Source: Orbicella franksi (Eukaryota). From it: a DNA stretch of 64,000 nucleotides. Below are positions 60,608 to 64,000 of this stretch, piece by piece (positions within the stretch are counted from its first letter, which is position 1; the number at the start of each line of letters is the position of its first letter). The notes under the pieces are model-generated. The model had not been told where the DNA came from. It saw only the letters and a list, made by a program, of their open reading frames with translations, and ran no database searches. Position numbers and translations under genes: made by a program. The stretch covers positions 5,270,001 to 5,334,000 of the forward strand of contig OZ116702.1 of assembly GCA_964199315.1 (NCBI GenBank), in the 5' to 3' direction.

Positions 60608-63600
60608 AGCTGTGGACCATTGCTTAAAGAGTATAGTTTGAAGAAGCATATTTATGGAAGAATTTTTAAATTGAAGTTAGAAGCTAGTAAGCTATTATTA
60701 TTCAAGGATGTTTTCAATTGCCCAAAATAAATAATATTAAAATTCAAGATAAATCTAACAATTAAATTGTAAAGCTTTCAGTCTATCACACAGGAAGTTA
60801 ACTTATTTTCATTGTTTATCATCTCCAGACTTCAAAACTGACATGTTTAGGTTGAAGGGCTATTAAAAAAGGGCTGAAAACTGTTATTCCAGCTATTTAA
60901 ATAAAAGAAACTCTTCGCATGTGAACACCCTGCCATATTTGTTGTAATAAGTGACATTTTGTAGAAGTAAGTGCTCTTTGGCAGCCAGTCCTTCAAGCCA
61001 TTCGATTATTGTTTTGTTTACGATAACTGAAGATATCTTATGGAACTTTAAACTGAAAGAAGGCTTTTAGAGTGATTTTACCTAAACAAACAATACAAAA
61101 CAAAAGATGTAGTAAGGCTGGGCACATGTGTAGCACAAGTGCAAGCATAAGTGTGCGCGAAACATCATAACTGGGACGCATGTATTAATGGAAGTACAAG
61201 GAATAGAAAAGTTTCATTCTTTTATGTCTGCATATTTGAAACTGCGACCATTCTCTTAGGCTATACTTGTTTGCTTGCACTTGCAATGCCTGCATAAACC
61301 AAGCCTTAGGAAGTAACATTGTGCTTTACTCTGGGATCTGTTTCAGAGGAAATTAATCAGTAAAATCACTCTAATTGAGTTCATAATTATTGTAAATATC
61401 ATTGAATTTGGGTTGAAAATATGCTGCTTCTAATAACAGTTTTAGGTTAAATTTAATAAGTATGAAATTATATGTATTGCTATTAACCGAAAACAACTGT
61501 AAATTTGCTATTTATTTTTTGCTGTAGTTGGTGGAGAAATGAAAGAAATTTTTCTTGTGGTGTTGAAGTGTTTTGACTCTAAGTCAAAGTTTGTCCTCAA
61601 TATCATTTTATCATACAGCTTGTATTTGTAAGGATGTCTTAGTGCATAGAATGCTCAACTTGCTGTGAGCATATTTTATTAGATGAAAAAAGAAAAGTGT
61701 AAGCAAAGGAATAAGAGGTATTACTGTATTTACTTGAAAAAGGGCCACAGTCTTTATAATTTTTTTTTTAATTTTTGATGCAGCGCTTTTTCAATGTGGC
61801 GCTTGCTCAGTGGCATGCTTATTCAAGGTTGGTGCATTTTAAAAACTATAGCAACAACAATCAAAACTAAGTTTATGAAAGTGGTATTCAAGTACCTACA
61901 TATGGGCACAAGTGCCTTCAAATAAGCTTTGCTCTAGAACCAAAGTAATTCAAATAAAGGCTGTATTGTTGTTCCTGGTATGGCACTTATTCAAGGGCAT
62001 TGCGCACTGATCTTTTTGCCGTCATGTGCAGGACTCATTCGAGGGCGGCTCTTAATTAAGGCCAGTACTTTCTCATTCAAGTAAATTCACTAATCATTTG
62101 ACAGAGGTGCCATTTTAGATAATATTTTATAGATTAAACGATTTGTAAATGCTTAAGGGTGTTAGTACCAACAGAAGAGTTTTCAATGCAAGGCTTATGA
62201 AAGTTCGATGGGTGTTCTTAACAGTTGTTTTGAAGTTATTTCTTGTACATAAAGTAACAAAAAGATTTACAGAGTTTAGTGAGAAAGATCTCCCTTCACC
62301 CCCACTCCACCCCACCACTTGCCAAAACAAACTGCCAAGCAGTTCCTTTCTGTGGATTTTGTTCTCAAGAAATACTGACTATTTAAGGAGAATTTGAAAA
62401 CTGTGCTTAAAATTTTTGTCGCCCATTAGTCATTAAGCAGATCTAGGTTGTCAGTAATTTGAGAGGCGTGTTTTAAGTGTATCACTACATAAAATGTTGT
62501 CACTTACAGAAATGATTGTCCGGTATATTTTTATTGAAAGAAGTTTGATCGTTTTTCACTGCCAAGAATGGTTCAAAGAAAGGGACTGGTTCAATCTCCT
62601 AATTAAGTTAAAAGTTGAGGATTTAGTATAACATGTAATCACACCTCTAACTAGCCCAATATGGAAATAATTGGATGAAAAAACTCCAGGGACTAACAGA
62701 ATAAGACAAGGCCACAGGCTGAGTCTATTTTAGCAGTCGGGAATTTTTTTGTAATTCTATTTTCCCAAATTGGACTAGAATTTAATTGTATTACCTAATA
62801 ATAATTTATTGTTATTTTGGGCTGATGATATAAATACCTGTGTTATTGGCAATTGCTGGAATAACTTATTGAATTCAGGTTTGTTAATAATTTATTATTT
62901 ATAATTGTACACTAACCAATAGTATTGTTTGAACCTTTTTCAGTTGGGCTTGAAATTTACCAGTGAAGATTGTTATTAGAAGTTTTATATCAATGGTAAT
63001 TTTCCATGTATGGAAAATTTGACACCAAGAGTAGAAGTGAACATTTAAAAGTTGCATTCAACAATTTTCCATGTTTTTTTTTTTTTGCGCTGTCATGTAA
63101 GCAAACATTGTTAAAGTTCATTCATGTAATTTTTGAAGACATTTCTTTTGACTTCCTTACTGTTAAATTCTTTGCCTCAGTTGAGTTTTAGTTCAATTTT
63201 TTTCATTCTAATTTATGGTTAAAATTAATAATCCTGAAAAATTAGCAGAAGTGCGTGCTTCATTAAGAGTGCTTATGAACATCTAGATCATGTTTTATTT
63301 ACTGTTCTTTTTTGAAGTTTTAATTCTTACAACATTGGAATCATGAGTCACAAGATAACTTTTATCTTTATAGGTGGAGAAGAACAATAAAGGTGTTAGA
63401 ATTGGTACTCTTCCCTTTGTCTTAATTCACAGTAAACGGTGTTAGAGAACAGGTACCTTACTGCTAGTTTGGTTTGCACTCATATTCTAATAAGTTGAAG
63501 ACCTTGTTTTGTAAAATTGGCACCTTCCAGTGTAAGTTTCATAGAAAACTAAAACAATGAAAATGACAGCAGAAAACAAATTTTTACTAAAGGTGCTCTG

Positions 63601-64000
63601 ATTCGTGTTCTTGGTAACAGACTGACACTACCTTAAACTGAGGCGATTGTGGGGAGTCTTTTTGCGTGCTAATGACAGCGGTCTCTTGTGAATGATATTC
63701 CCCCAGGCCGTGATATGATATTCCCTGATATTCCCTCCATTGCAAGCTAGTTCCAGCTCTATAAAACTGAGAATATGAGTATGGCCTAATAGGAACTGTC
63801 CAAATATATTCAGGGAGACAACTCTATTTTATTTTGACATAAGTTAAGCGTGCAGTGTGAGGCCAATGTACCAGTTTGACTAACGTTTTTACGTCCTTGT
63901 TGCTACCCAATTCGAAAAATGTGATGATTCATTTGGGATGTTACGGTGATTGTTCTTTATTTTTTATACGTGCTCCCATGTAATCAGTGCTTGTGGCAAA

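Noticed and set aside
60608-64000. Possible further gene after the GKAP-domain gene
   Set aside because: Only AT-rich sequence, degenerate repeats and isolated splice-like motifs; no supportable exons.

Overview
Eukaryotic, AT-rich, intron-rich animal DNA. The repeat families look like those of a stony coral or other anthozoan; this is an inference, not a database result. Four spliced genes were rebuilt by hand from GT-AG boundaries and frame continuity. (1) A TRIM-NHL E3 ligase (RING, 2 B-boxes, coiled coil, filamin, 6 NHL; + strand, 5556-14375). (2) A pyranose 2-oxidase-like GMC flavoenzyme (- strand, 21854-27009), a family best known from fungi and actinobacteria, here carrying introns. 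(3) Mitochondrial serine hydroxymethyltransferase (- strand, 41664-52719), whose reading frame closes only through a U12-type intron with rare AT-AG ends. (4) A short GKAP-domain-only DLGAP-like gene (+ strand, 54125-60607), head-to-head with SHMT2. The TRIM terminal exon with its whole 3' UTR (about 3.2-3.4 kb) is duplicated about 24 kb downstream with 7 synonymous and 0 non-synonymous changes, so direct repeats bracket the oxidase block. The oxidase's last codons and stop codon come from the antisense microsatellite tail of a LINE. The window also holds a hierarchical 2.9-kb tandem array, an AcademH-like element with a 9-bp TSD, and many MITEs and SINEs.
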